Assembly (NCBI GenBank): GCA_032718475.1 | Contig: JAUCBJ010001640.1 | Location: 6,842-70,841 of the forward strand | Length of the DNA: 64,000 bases | DNA from: Nemertoderma westbladi | Lineage: Eukaryota; Animalia; Xenacoelomorpha | Reading direction: 5' to 3' | Shown: piece after piece, positions 37,408-49,019 of the stretch | How positions within the stretch are numbered: the stretch's first letter is position 1 | Layout: the number at the start of each line of letters is the position of its first letter | The notes under the pieces: model-generated | Seen by the model: only the letters and a program-made list of their open reading frames with translations | What the model was told of the DNA's origin: nothing | Database searches by the model: none | Translations under genes and position numbers: made by a program

Positions 37408-38688
37408 TTATTCATGTGAAAAGTGGTACCAACAGAAATAAAATATAGTTGTAAAAGTATATGTTAAAGGAAATAAATATTTAGAAACGTTATCAATATA
37501 TGTAGCAATATCACGTCTATGTTTCATATCACTGCTGCTGCTATTAGCTAGATAATCATGCTTGGTATGATTGCTATTATCTGCCTTTAATTGAGTACAA
37601 GTACCATTGGTTGAAACTTTGTCATCATACTTCTTACCAAAGTGACACACCAACAAAAATTCAATGAGGCTACAAAATACGAAAATAAAAGCAATTGCAA
37701 AGGTTATATCCAACGCATTAATATAAGCAACATTAGGGAGTCTAGTATATGTGTTTAGAGCTATAGTGATGACAATGAGAATGGTGGTTATGGCAAGAGC
37801 TGCCCGAGCTGGAAGTGCCTTACGATCCACCCAGAATGCAATCCAGGACATCACAACTGCCAACGTCAATGGCAAATAAACAGTGACAATATAGGCGCTG
37901 GTACGTCTACTAAATCTGATTTTTATAGAAAGTTGTGAAAACGATCTGCCGGTATATTCTCTTTCATTATGCTCCAATATAAGATCACTAGTAGTCAAAC
38001 CCATATACTGTGTAAACTCCACTTTTCCACAGAGAATCTCTATGCCTTTATTATTATCATTTAAGTGCCAGAATTTCAATACAAGATTATTAGTATCAAA
38101 TCCATAACTCTCCAATTGTATTGTACATGTTTGAATATCCATTGGATAATTTACAAAATCGAAAGAACATCTTGTTCGAATGCTGACTCGTTGTGACATA
38201 TTTACAAGACCATTTGGAGAAACAAAGATATATGAATTTGGCATTGGATCTTTGAACACAGTTGTTGACAGACTGTTGCTAAAAAATACATCAGGTCTCC
38301 ATATGTTTTCGAGGATAAATGACCCCATAATAATTGGACCATTTGAGGCAATAAATATGTTATTATATGCCAGTCGTGGATCATTCCACCGTAACCGCAA
38401 GTACATATCAGTAGTGAAAGACATGTCCTCGTCGTTAATCTCACCAATTGAAACTATACCAATATTAACACCAACTTCAACGATGCCTTTACCAATATTT
38501 GGTCTTGTGAGTTTGTTATATCCTTGTTTATATTGAACGATGTCAGTCAAATAGTTTACAACTTTGGCCTCTGTAGTCAAATCATAATCATTATTATCAA
38601 CATGAATATTGCCTTCTTCACCTATACCAGTTGTCAAACTACATATAACAACAACAAATAGTAATAAGATATCATTGATAAACGTCAT
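37408..38688 (-). CDS. Intronless Cys-loop ligand-gated anion channel subunit (GABA-A/glycine-receptor-like), 426 aa
   Basis: Signal peptide; YNKLTRP; W.DPRL; IWRPDVFF; Cys-loop CSFDFVNYPMDIQTC; LESYG; M1 YLPLTLAVVMSWIAFWV; M2 PARAALAITTIL; M3 ..CSLIEF; M4 IDNVSKYLFP. Confidence 0.95.
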   Translation of the reverse strand: MTFINDILLLFVVVICSLTTGIGEEGNIHVDNNDYDLTTEAKVVNYLTDIVQYKQGYNKLTRPNIGKGIVEVGVNIGIVSIGEINDEDMSFTTDMYLRLRWNDPRLAYNNIFIASNGPIIMGSFILENIWRPDVFFSNSLSTTVFKDPMPNSYIFVSPNGLVNMSQRVSIRTRCSFDFVNYPMDIQTCTIQLESYGFDTNNLVLKFWHLNDNNKGIEILCGKVEFTQYMGLTTSDLILEHNEREYTGRSFSQLSIKIRFSRRTSAYIVTVYLPLTLAVVMSWIAFWVDRKALPARAALAITTILIVITIALNTYTRLPNVAYINALDITFAIAFIFVFCSLIEFLLVCHFGKKYDDKVSTNGTCTQLKADNSNHTKHDYLANSSSSDMKHRRDIATYIDNVSKYLFPLTYTFTTIFYFCWYHFSHE

Positions 38689-39532
38689 TATTATTGTGTA
38701 AATCTATCTGTATGATTTAGACAACACCACATAATTGCTGGTTATTTAGTTAGATAACATAAACTGCGGTTCACAGGTGTATTTTTGGCCAAAGGAAAAT
38801 ATATTCGATTCAATTCAAATTCAATTGTTAGGGACATATTAAAATTTAGAGTACCAATTTATTGTTTGACAACCAAATTTAATTTACAAAGGTACTGTAA
38901 TTATATAAACGTTCATAATCAACAAAGTTGCTTTTTAACCAATACGTAGCCCACATTGGGGCCATGGAAGTTTTTGTATAGACACGAATGCTTTAAAGGG
39001 AAGAGCCAGGGGGCATCTCTGCGTTATATCCTTAAATAAAACTAAATGAAAACATGTTTCCTCTGGAGAATAGAGTTCTGGGGGGACCGCGCTGGAAATC
39101 AATCTCCGTTGTCCTTGGCCAACTGGCCGAAGAAAAGGGACGTCCACAGATGCGGTGCTACAGGTTCCGAGGACGTACACCGTTACTACATAGAAATGAA
39201 GTAAGAATTGATTCACCCGTTAGGTTTTCTTCGCCCTTTAGACCAGGGATTAGGCACAAAGTGTGACGACTTATTTCCACTAAATTCAACCACCACACCA
39301 AGGAGGATCATATCGTTTACACGAACAAGGGGCGTTGAAAAGGAAATTTTGTGACAGAAAAACACAATACTATCCAACTACCGTAGCCTAACGGTAACAG
39401 TGCAATCCATCATTATTGGATATTAAGATCAGTTCAGGGGCGGATCCAGAGGTCACCTAGCCGGGGGGGCATAAATAAGGTGCGAGAAAAATTCCAAAAA
39501 TATGCTCCATAAGTTGACTTGTCCGGTGGAGA

Positions 39533-39803
39533 CAGGGGGGGGGGGGGGGGGGTGGGGTGGGGACTGGACGCAAAACTCGCCTTGACATCCCGCCTCAATG
39601 TTAAATTCTTTATTTAGGGAAAGGAGCAGGTTACAGTGGTACGTTATTTTTATTTTATTTTACTTTATTTACTATAATTTACTATATTTTTACCGGTACT
39701 TTATTTAATTTTTGAGGTAATCAGCTATTATTTGCGTCCAATTTCGCATGGAGAGGGATGAATTTTTATTGCGTCCAGTCCCCCCCCCCCCCCCCCCCCC
39801 CCC
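39533..39803. mobile_element. MITE family A copy
   Basis: CAG(G)n..GACTGGACGCAA ... TTGCGTCCAGT(C)n. Confidence 0.82.
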
Positions 39804-40037
39804 GTCTGTGTGAAGAACACACAATAGACAATAGCGACAGAAGGCAGCATCAAAAATCCTTGAGTACAGGAGTAGCTCAGACCGTTGTACAGTGAGAGCC
39901 ACTACTGGTGACGTAATGAATGTTGGACACTAGCTAGGACACTCCCATATTTTTACTTCGGGTACTGGAAGTTACTGGTTTGGTCGTAAATTCTGTTGCA
40001 CATTGCATTATATTTATTATGGTCGTTGTCATGGTGT

Positions 40038-40146
40038 GCGGACACTTCCCCCGGACACTTCCCCCCCAGCCCCAAACACCTCCAGACTTCCCCCCCGGAC
40101 ACTTCCCCCCCAGTCCCAAACACTTCCCCCCTGGACACTTCCCCCA
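40038..40146. repeat. GGACACTTCCCCC(C) short tandem repeats (foldback-arm-like)
   Basis: Several 14-16-bp GGACACTTCCCCC units. Confidence 0.65.
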
Positions 40147-40679
40147 CGACTGTTCTTAACTTCGCACAACCGTATTGTTTGCTAATCTTTAAAGACAATA
40201 ACAATAAATAAAATGTAGGGTTACATTACTGTATTACAAAAATTTGGAATATTATAAAGCCAGATAGGGCAGGAGGGGGACTGAACGCAATAAAAATACC
40301 CATGGTGTATCAAGTACGGCTAACTTCTCGGATAGGACAAAGTTTTGACTAGACCATTATCTGGAATGATGAGAAGCTTTCAGTTTAGAAGAATGCCTTC
40401 GTTTCAGAAAATTTGGAATGTGGATCTTTAATATTTTTATTATTTATTTTTTCACTTCAAATGGAAGGGGTTTTTGAGTATGCTTTCTCATTTTCATAGG
40501 GGGGGGGCTATAGCCACATGGCCACCACCCTCGGTACGCTAGTGCTTACTGTGATAGTTCAAAAATTGCCGGGGGGGGGGGCATGTGCCCCCCCCCCCCC
40601 CCTGGATCCGCCCCTGCAGTTGCAAACTAATAACTGCAGTTTCTTTACCGGCCTTACGGGCAAAGTCAAAGTTACGGAC

Positions 40680-41258
40680 GTAAGGGAAAGGCATGGGCAG
40701 CCTTGAATAGGCTTTCCAGGATTTGGAAGTCACCGATAATTAATTGGAAACTTAAGGTCCGATTATTTAGAGCAGAAGTAGTCCCAGTACTCCTCTATGG
40801 GAGTCCTTGCTGGGCTCTAACTGCTGAGGACACCAAATCTCTGGATGGCACATTCACAAGAATGCTACGCCGGGTTCATTGTGTCAAGTACAATGCACAC
40901 ATCTCCAACCAGACACTATATAACATTGGAGGTGTCTCATTGGTTCCCCCAAACTAGATCAAAATAGACTAGAACAAAATCGCCTCCGCTTTGCAGGACA
41001 TTGCTTTCGCCGTGAGGACCAGCCAGTGCATAATCTTGTACTTTGGCAGCCTCATGGAGTGAATAAGCATGGTGGACAGCCCATGACTTTCTTGAGACGC
41101 ATCTTAAAGGACACTGGCCTTGAAGATGAGGATGATCTAGCAAGTGTCATGGGTGATAGGGAGTTGTGGTGGTGCAATTTTGTCGATAAGTCGGCACAGC
41201 ATTCTTAAAAATGCAGCTGCAATGCAGCATGCCGATCGTAGTACTAGTTGTAGTAGTA
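40680..41258 (+). mobile_element. RTE family A, 5'-truncated
   Basis: Close match to 2410-3029; ends in a TAG-rich tail. Confidence 0.88.
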
Positions 41259-41503
41259 CGGGCAAAGTCACTCCATCAACTCGAGATAGCAGCCAGAGTG
41301 TCGAGTAACAGAACCTCACTTCAGCTGAAGGGTCGTGATTCCGGGCCCAACACAGATCCCGTCACAATCCATCTTCCCACATTCCCATCCCGCTTTCCAA
41401 CTCACCACGCGTATTTTTTCCACTCGCTGCTATTTATTTACATAAGTTTACTCTAAGTCACCTAACCTTATTATTATTATCCTATTACCCTCCTAACAGA
41501 TTG

Positions 41504-41566
<63 letters not shown>

Positions 41567-43200
41567 GGTCGAGCGAACTCGGACAGTGGAAATGAGATCC
41601 TTCCAGGCTTCCCGATTCTCCATAGTTGTCGCAATTTCGTTTCTCTCAAGTTCAGTATCCCTTTCAAGTTGATCTACTGTATGTTATAGCCGGTCATCCA
41701 CGGCTACGCTTACCATGTGTTGGTTGCCATAAAAGTAGATCTGGTATGACCTCGACTTTACTTCTCCATAAAGCTCGGCATTTGTTATGTTTTTTCTCCA
41801 GCTGATGTTTAGGGCTGCCCTTAGTAGTCTTGTGTAGCAACCATCAATTCGTTGTTAAAGTGATTTCGTCAGTGTCCAGGTCTCACCCCGTATAAAACCA
41901 CACTTTCCACTGTGGCTTGAAAGAAGTTAGTCTTCAGGTGCCTGGAGAGATCCGATTTCCAGATGGTATCCATTTTAGATAGAGCTACCCAAGCCTTTGC
42001 TTTGTCCTTTTTGCTACTCTCTATCCATGATCCAAGGTACTGGAAGTCGTCAACCTTCCTTAGTTGATTATTATCAATGGTTGTCAAGTTTCCATCAACA
42101 TTAAAAGTCATGAATTCGGTTTTTATATGCAATCCAACCTCCTTAGCAGCCCTCTCCACTTTATTCAGTAGAAGCTGTGCATTAGAGAGCAGGGCGATGT
42201 CATCCGCAAAGTCGGTGTCTGTGACTGTAGTTGCCGGATATCTACTACTTCTGCGTTCTTGAAGTGTGAATCCCAAATCGTCACCCTTTGAGGCGTCCTC
42301 ATTGCGTAATCCATTAAAACTACAAATAGTAATGGCGCTAATGTGTCACTTTGCATTACCCAAGCAAGGATTGAGAAGAACACAGTCTCACCTGAGTCAC
42401 AGTCTCATGAGAGTACCTGAGCTTTTGAGTTGCAATATGACAATCCAATGCCAGCGACCATTACTTCTGGTATTCCATAAGCTCTTAGGATTTCCAGCAT
42501 TTTACCTCTATGAATGGAGTCGAATGCTTTCGTGAAGTCCACAAATGTTAGGATTGATTGCAGGGAGATTCTTTGACTTATTTCCCTCAATCAGTCTCCG
42601 TAGTGCAAGTATCTGCGCTATTGTTGATCTACTTGGTCGAAATCCGTTTTGGCTCTTGGTTTACGCTGCAGTTTCTTTATGTGAGCCACAGCGGACAGAT
42701 CCCACGATAGTTTGTTGGTATACCGAGGTCTCCTTTCTTGGGGAGAGGCTTTAGTTGACCTTTAGTCCAAATTGGTGGAGGCATTTCCCCTTTCAGTATC
42801 CGGTTGCAAACATCCAATAATATTCTGTTTAGCACCCCTCCTACTTCTGCAGGGATTCATCTAATCCACTCGCTTTATGATTGGACATGCTTTTAATGCT
42901 TCTTTGGAGTTTGGCAGAGTGAAGTCGCCTGTTTCTATAGGTCGCGTCTTGTCATATATTTTCCTTGTAGGGCTGACCTAGATGTTTGGTGGTTTCAGTA
43001 CTATCAGCTTTGAAGCGCCCCTTTGCACAACTTTTCCGACCAGATACCTCATTTACAGTTTGCCAGTTAGTCTTGATTATTGCTGCATGTGAACGTTGTA
43101 ACCTGAGAGTCTTGTCATGGAACATACTGTTTTCGTTTGGGTTTCTGGGGAATATGCCTCTTGACTGATTCCTTGTGGGCTTTTATTATATTCTTTTGAA
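41504..43200 (-). mobile_element. RTE-clade LINE family B, decayed RT and long (TAG)n tail
   Basis: NGFR..RST, FVDFTKAFDSIHRGKM, DTLAPLLF, TDFADDIALLS, FQYLGSWI; (TAC)n at 41504-41566. Confidence 0.88.
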
Positions 43201-45029
43201 TCGGTAGACTGGTCTTCATCCAGTCAGAAACAGAATGCAGAAATGCACAACCCGTATATTTAACTATAATACTGTAGGTACTACAGTATAGTTGTTATAC
43301 TCCATCAATGTAAGAGTTATATATATTCATAATAATACTGTATGGGTAATTATGACAATATACACTACAGTACAACAAGAGTGTAAACGCGACACCACCG
43401 AAGCTGACAACAGACAACCGTTATTAACATTAGCAAACGAACAGATTAAAGTGGCAATTTATTCTAAACAAAGCAATAAACGAGAATCAAGAACGCTGGT
43501 TCCATTTATATTTTGTTTCAGTTTTTGTTTCATGTTATCACGGTTGTCTGCTGTCGGTTGTCGGGTTGTCGGGATTACCCAAAAACAGTAGTTTCACGGT
43601 ATCAACATTAACTTGGAAAATTTAAGGATAGAGAGCAAAACATACTGGTTTCTAATTAAATTCAACTCTAACTGAAAACCTGGATCTGGAATGTAATTAT
43701 GTAGTAGCAGCATTCCGCGCGGGTGATCTTCAAGTGTAGTGAATTTATGCAAACAGAAAAACTGGTGCCATGTGTTCCTACCAGTCGGCAGGAATTGTCT
43801 CGTAGTTACCAACCATCCTGATTTGGCACCTATTTTCTCTCATTTATGCGCGCAGCGCAGATTATAATTCTAGATCATATTATTTGTTGCACCAATTCCT
43901 GTTTCCAGTTACAATTAATTCACAAAGAAACTGTATTATGTTCCAGAATTTAAATATACGGGGATTGTCTACTGAATGTGTCTCTAGAAATAAAGAGTGA
44001 TAAAATTCGGCAGAAATGTTAGTATTTCTACAAATCCTAAGTTATAATCTCGTGCTAACGGAAGTGTCCGCATTCCTAAATACAATAAAACAAGATAAAT
44101 GAATTATAAGAAAGGACCACCTTTCAACAATAATGGAATAGAAATAAAGTGTCCAGAATTGTACGAAAAACGGTAGTTTAATAGGATCAGTTTCGTCAAT
44201 AATCAATCGATTAACGCAGTGGAAAATGAGTGGAATAGCTTCTCCCTAATAATCTAAAACATCTGCCACCAATTTTATAACCTTTACAGGAACCAAGGTT
44301 ATACAGAAGACTGACGGTTTTATTTTTGTAACCTGCACGCGTTTTGCATATCATGTTTGTTTGTTATACATATTTTACGCTGAAACTATTTGAATTTCAT
44401 GCGATTCAGGCAGAGTATATTTAACAGATAGAAGGTATAATGGTACATATCCGCTTATCTACATATTATTAATACCTCTATGCTTGGCTCGGACACAAAA
44501 GTTGAAGAAATGTTGAGTCTGTGCATGGATTATCCATAAATTACAAGCAAACTTTTTCCACTTGAAGCTCTTTCGACACATCAAATTAAGAAATTTCACC
44601 GGGAACATATTCGTACTTCCCTTATTTTATTCGCTGCAACGAAGTAAAAATCAACGCAATGCTGGGTTACTATTTTTATTCTATTTTTATTCTTATTTTT
44701 CTTCTTTATTTAATTCTATATAATTAAGCTAAAAAGTAACGAAATTATACAGTCGAAATTATTCGAAACAAACGAAATTATTAAGTCACTACTGTATGTA
44801 GGCCTCAGTAGATATAGAATTTAACAAAATGTGTGGTTTAGTATGATTGCGAATTACTTTGGGTGTATATTAACCAAGATCCATCACTCCCACAATGATT
44901 AATGATGCACCCAGTAGGGTGAGCACAGTGGCAGCATACGATGGTATTGACAGATAGGAGGCCATGAGGAGGTAAATTGCGGACATACAAGGTTACAGGT
45001 AGTATTTCCAGGTCGTCTACCTTTTACCT

Positions 45030-45245
45030 GAGCCGCTAGCTGAATGGTTAGAGCGTCAGATTTCCAACCCGGGGGTCACCAGTTCGATCCCACCTGGACG
45101 TCATTGCCGACTTTGCAAAAGCTGTGCCCATCAAAAGTTATATGAGGCCGATTGGCTCCTCTCCTCCACATTATTCTCCTCCCTGATTGTTAGAAGCCAT
45201 AGAGTGCACCTAAACAAAATATAGCGTGGCAAGAAACGTAATTGA
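45030..45245 (+). mobile_element. tRNA-derived SINE (or tRNA pseudogene head plus body)
   Basis: A box TAGCTGAATGG, B box AGTTCGATCC with tRNA-like spacing; acceptor stem not intact; 3' boundary approximate. Confidence 0.6.
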
Positions 45246-46130
45246 TCTCCCCTCTTTTACAGTAGATATTTACGTAGAATCCCTACTAGTGCTTTACTAA
45301 CTCCTTTCTAAGTATAAACCAATATCGCCTTGTTCGAAGCCTACAGTGTAAAATCGGCGTAGCAGTTCCTGAAAATGGTAGGTGCTTTATGCAACCTGCA
45401 AAGGAAAAGCATACACATACTGTACTTGTTGCAAAAAAGGCCTAAAGTACTAAACTAATCCTCGTATCTTTATTGACTCTCACTCGCTACGTTACTTGTG
45501 AGTAAGAAACAACTCGGGTCGACCGACACACTGCAAAGTGCCACACTTTACACAAATATGTATATACTTATCAAATAAAATAGGTGATATATTATATATT
45601 TAAGTTTGAAAATTCGTAAATCAATTATGAAAACATAAATAATTTCCGGAAATATCTATATACCTAAACAGTAAAACTATGATATTACCGGTATACAGTA
45701 GACCACTATAATATTATTAATGTATTATTATATTATAATAATTTTATTAATAATATTATAATTATAATATTATATATAATATAATTATAAATAGAAAAAA
45801 ACTAACTTGATGATTTAAATAAATATATAGCAACGCCTTGTCCTGGATCACTATTGATCCATTTCGTTCAATATAATAATTTGAGAATTCGTGGGTGCGA
45901 TGTGCAATTGGTTCTGTGATGATAGTCTCTGATATTAGAGACTCTTAGAGAAGTATTGTACCTGGGTGTCTATATAAGAGAAAGTCATGTGGTGGGTAGG
46001 AAGTTGTGGCGGCCCAATTTTGTGGCAGGCCGATTGTAGTAGTAGTACTGTAGTAGTGGTACTGTACTAGTAGTATATCAGAGAAAATAAGTTAGGTGGA
46101 CAATAACCACACTATAATTGTAGTGCAAGT

Positions 46131-46201
46131 CTGTTCCAGGAAGTTATTTATTAACGTACTGTACTGTCAGTACGACGTTAATAGATAACTTCCTGAAACA
46201 G
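46131..46201. other. 71-nt near-perfect hairpin (mini-MITE or pre-miRNA-like)
   Basis: CTGTTCCAGGAAGTTATTTATTAACGT pairs with ACGTTAATAGATAACTTCCTGAAACAG (2 mismatches in 27). Confidence 0.75.
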
Positions 46202-46609
46202 TACTGTATAATATATAGATACAGATCAGTAACAGGAGCGGCGGCTTGTTTGATGTTACCTTGCAGTAAGAACGCGGCACCCCTTTGATCTACTGGGTTT
46301 TGTAAAACAATTCAACGACGCTGTTTTTTAATATGTCGTCAAAAGTAGTGCGGTGCGTAGCAGAGTTTAATAATAACCCTATGTGACGAGAATATTTGAC
46401 GTTTGTGCCATTTCAATTTATATTTTATATTTTACATCACTAGCTATGTAAAAGAGGAGCGTTGAGGAAACCATTATTGGATGTTTGCAACCGGAAGTTG
46501 AAAGTGTAAAAACCATGAATTTGGACTAAAAGTCAACTAAAGCCTCGCCCCATGAAAGGAGACCTCGGTGTACCACCAAACTATTGTGAAATCACTCTTC
46601 AGAGATAAA

Positions 46610-48927
46610 TGTAGTTAGGAGTTGAGTGTGGATAGGTGTAGTTAGGAGTGGAATGGGAATAGGTGTAGTTAGAAGTGGAGATAGGTGTTGTTAGGAATGG
46701 AGTGGATATTGGTGTAGTTAGGAGTGTAGTGGATATAGGTGTAGTTAGTAGTGGAGATAGGTGTTGTTAGGAATGGAGTGGAGATTGGTGTAGTTAGGAG
46801 TGTAGTGGATATAGGTGTAGTTAGGAGTGGTGTGGAGATTGGTGTAGTTAGGAGTGTAGTGGATATAGGTGTAGTTAGTAGTGGAAATAGGTGTTGTTAG
46901 GAATGGAGTGGAGATTGGTGTAGTTAGGAGTGGAGATAGGTGTTGTTAGGAATGGAGTGGATATTGGTGTAGTTAGGAGTGTAGTGGATATAGGTGTAGT
47001 TAGTAGTGGAGATAGGTGTTGTTAGGAATGGAGTGGAGATTGGTGTAGTTAGGAGTGTAGTGGATATAGGTGTAGTTAGGAGTGGTGTGGAGATTGGTGT
47101 AGTTAGGAGTGTAGTGGATATAGGTGTAGTTAGTAGTGGAAATAGGTGTTGTTAGGAATGGAGTGGAGATTGGTGTAGTTAGGAGTGGAGTGGGAATAGG
47201 TGTAGTTAGTAGTGGAGATTGGTGTTGTTAGGAATGGAGTGGACATTGGTGTAGTTAGGAGTGGAATGGGAATAGGTGTAGTTAGAAGTGGATATAGGTG
47301 TTGTTAGGATTGGAGTGGAGATTGGTGTAGTTTGGAGTGCAGTGGATATAGGTGTAGTTAGTAGTGTAGATAGGTGTTGTTAGGAATGGAGTGGATATTG
47401 GTGTAGTTAGGAGTGTAGTGGATATAGGTGTAGTTAGTAGTGGAGATAGGTGTTGTTAGGATTGGAGTGGAGATTGGTGTAGTTAGGAGTGGAATGGGAA
47501 TAGGTGTAGTTAGTAGTGGAGATAGGTGTTGTTAGGAATGGAGTGGAGATTGGTGTAGCTAGGAGTGTAGTGGATATAGGTGTTGTTAGTAGTGGAGATA
47601 GGTGTTGTTAGGAATGGAGTGGAGATTGGTGTAGTTAGGAGTGGAATGGGAATAGGTGTAGTTAGTAGTGGAGATAGGTGTTGTTAGGAATGGAGTGGAG
47701 ATTGGTGTAGTTAGGAGTGGAATGGGAATAGGTGTAGTTAGAAGTGGAGATAGGTGTTGTTAGGATTGGAGTGGAGATTGGTGTAGTTTGGAGTGCAGTG
47801 GATATAGGTGTAGTTAGTAGTGTAGATAGGTGTTGTTAGGAATGGAGTGGAGATTGGTGTAGTTAGTAGTGGAAAGGGAATAGGTGTAGTTAGAAGTGGA
47901 GATAGGTGTTGTTAGGATTGGAGTGGATATTGGTGTAGTTAGGAGTGTAGTGGATATAGGTGTAGTTAGGAGTGGAGTGGAGATTGGTGTAGTTAGGAGT
48001 GTATTGGATATAGGTGTAGTTAGTAGTGGAGATAGGTGTTGTTAGGAATGGAGTGGAGATTGGTGTAGTTAGGAGTGGAATGGGAATAGGTGTAGTTAGT
48101 AGTGGAGATAGGTGTTGTTAGGAATGGAGTGGAGATTGGTGTAGTTAGGAGTGGAATGGGAATAGGTGTAGTTAGAAGTGGAGATAGGTGTTGTTAGGAT
48201 TGGAGTGGAGATTGGTGTAGTTTGGAGTGTAGTGGATATAGGTGTAGTTAGTAGTGTAGATAGGTGTTGTTAGGAATGGAGTGGAGATTGGTGTAGTTAG
48301 GAGTGGAAAGGGAATAAGTGTAGTTAGAAGTGGAGATAGGTGTTGTTAGGATTGGAGTGGAGATTGGTGTAGTTAGGAGTGTAGTGGATATAGGTGTAGT
48401 TAGGAGTGGAGTGGAGATTGGTGTAGTTAGGAGTGTAGTGGATATAGGTGTAGTTAGTAGTGGAGATAGGTGTTGTTAGGAATGGGGTGGAGATTGGTGT
48501 AGTTAGGAGTGGAATGGGAATAGGTGTAGTTAGAAGTGGAGATAGGTGTTGTTAGGAATGGAGTGGAGATTGGTGTAGTTAGGAGTGGAAAGGGAATAAG
48601 TGTAGTTAGAAGTGGAGATAGGTGTTGTTAGGATTGGAGTGGAGATTGGTGTAGTTAGGAGTGTAGTGGATATAGGTGTAGTTAGGAGTGGAGTGGAGAT
48701 TGGTGTAGTTAGGAGTGTAGTGGATATAGGTGTAGTTAGTAGTGTAGATAGGTGTTGTTAGGAATGGAGTGGAGATTGGTGTAGTTAGGAGTGGAGTGGA
48801 TATAGGTGTAGTTAGTAGTGTAGATAGGTGTTTTTAGGAATGGAGTGGAGATTGGTGTAGTTAGGAGTGGAGTGGATATAGGTGTAGTTAGTAGTGGTGA
48901 TAGGTGTTGTTATGAATGGAGTGGATG
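46610..48927. repeat. G/T-rich satellite, 27+27+22-bp subunits forming a 76-bp higher-order repeat
   Basis: GGTGTTGTTAGGAATGGAGTGGAGATT / GGTGTAGTTAGGAGTGTAGTGGATATA / GGTGTAGTTAGTAGTGGAGATA; period seen at 47525 and 47601. Confidence 0.93.
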
Positions 48928-49019
48928 CCAGTGGATTGTTGCTGCCAAAATATATTTCAAAATTATTCTATAAAATATAGAATTAGACCGCAAGCAGAAA
49001 AACTACTGTGTAAGAGCCT

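Larger units (their letters stand above)
39435..40616. mobile_element. hAT-type MITE ends (CAGGGGCGGATCCAG) enclosing nested fragments
   Basis: CAGGGGCGGATCCAG at 39435 and CTGGATCCGCCCCTG ending at 40616; no TSD, so the ends may belong to different copies. Confidence 0.5.

Noticed and set aside
41501-41689. Poly-Leu/poly-Ser ORFs resembling a signal peptide
   Set aside because: Translation of the RTE (TAG)n tail.
45030-45105. Functional tRNA gene (also 55935-56010)
   Set aside because: Promoter boxes are present but acceptor and arm pairing is broken; better explained as SINE heads.
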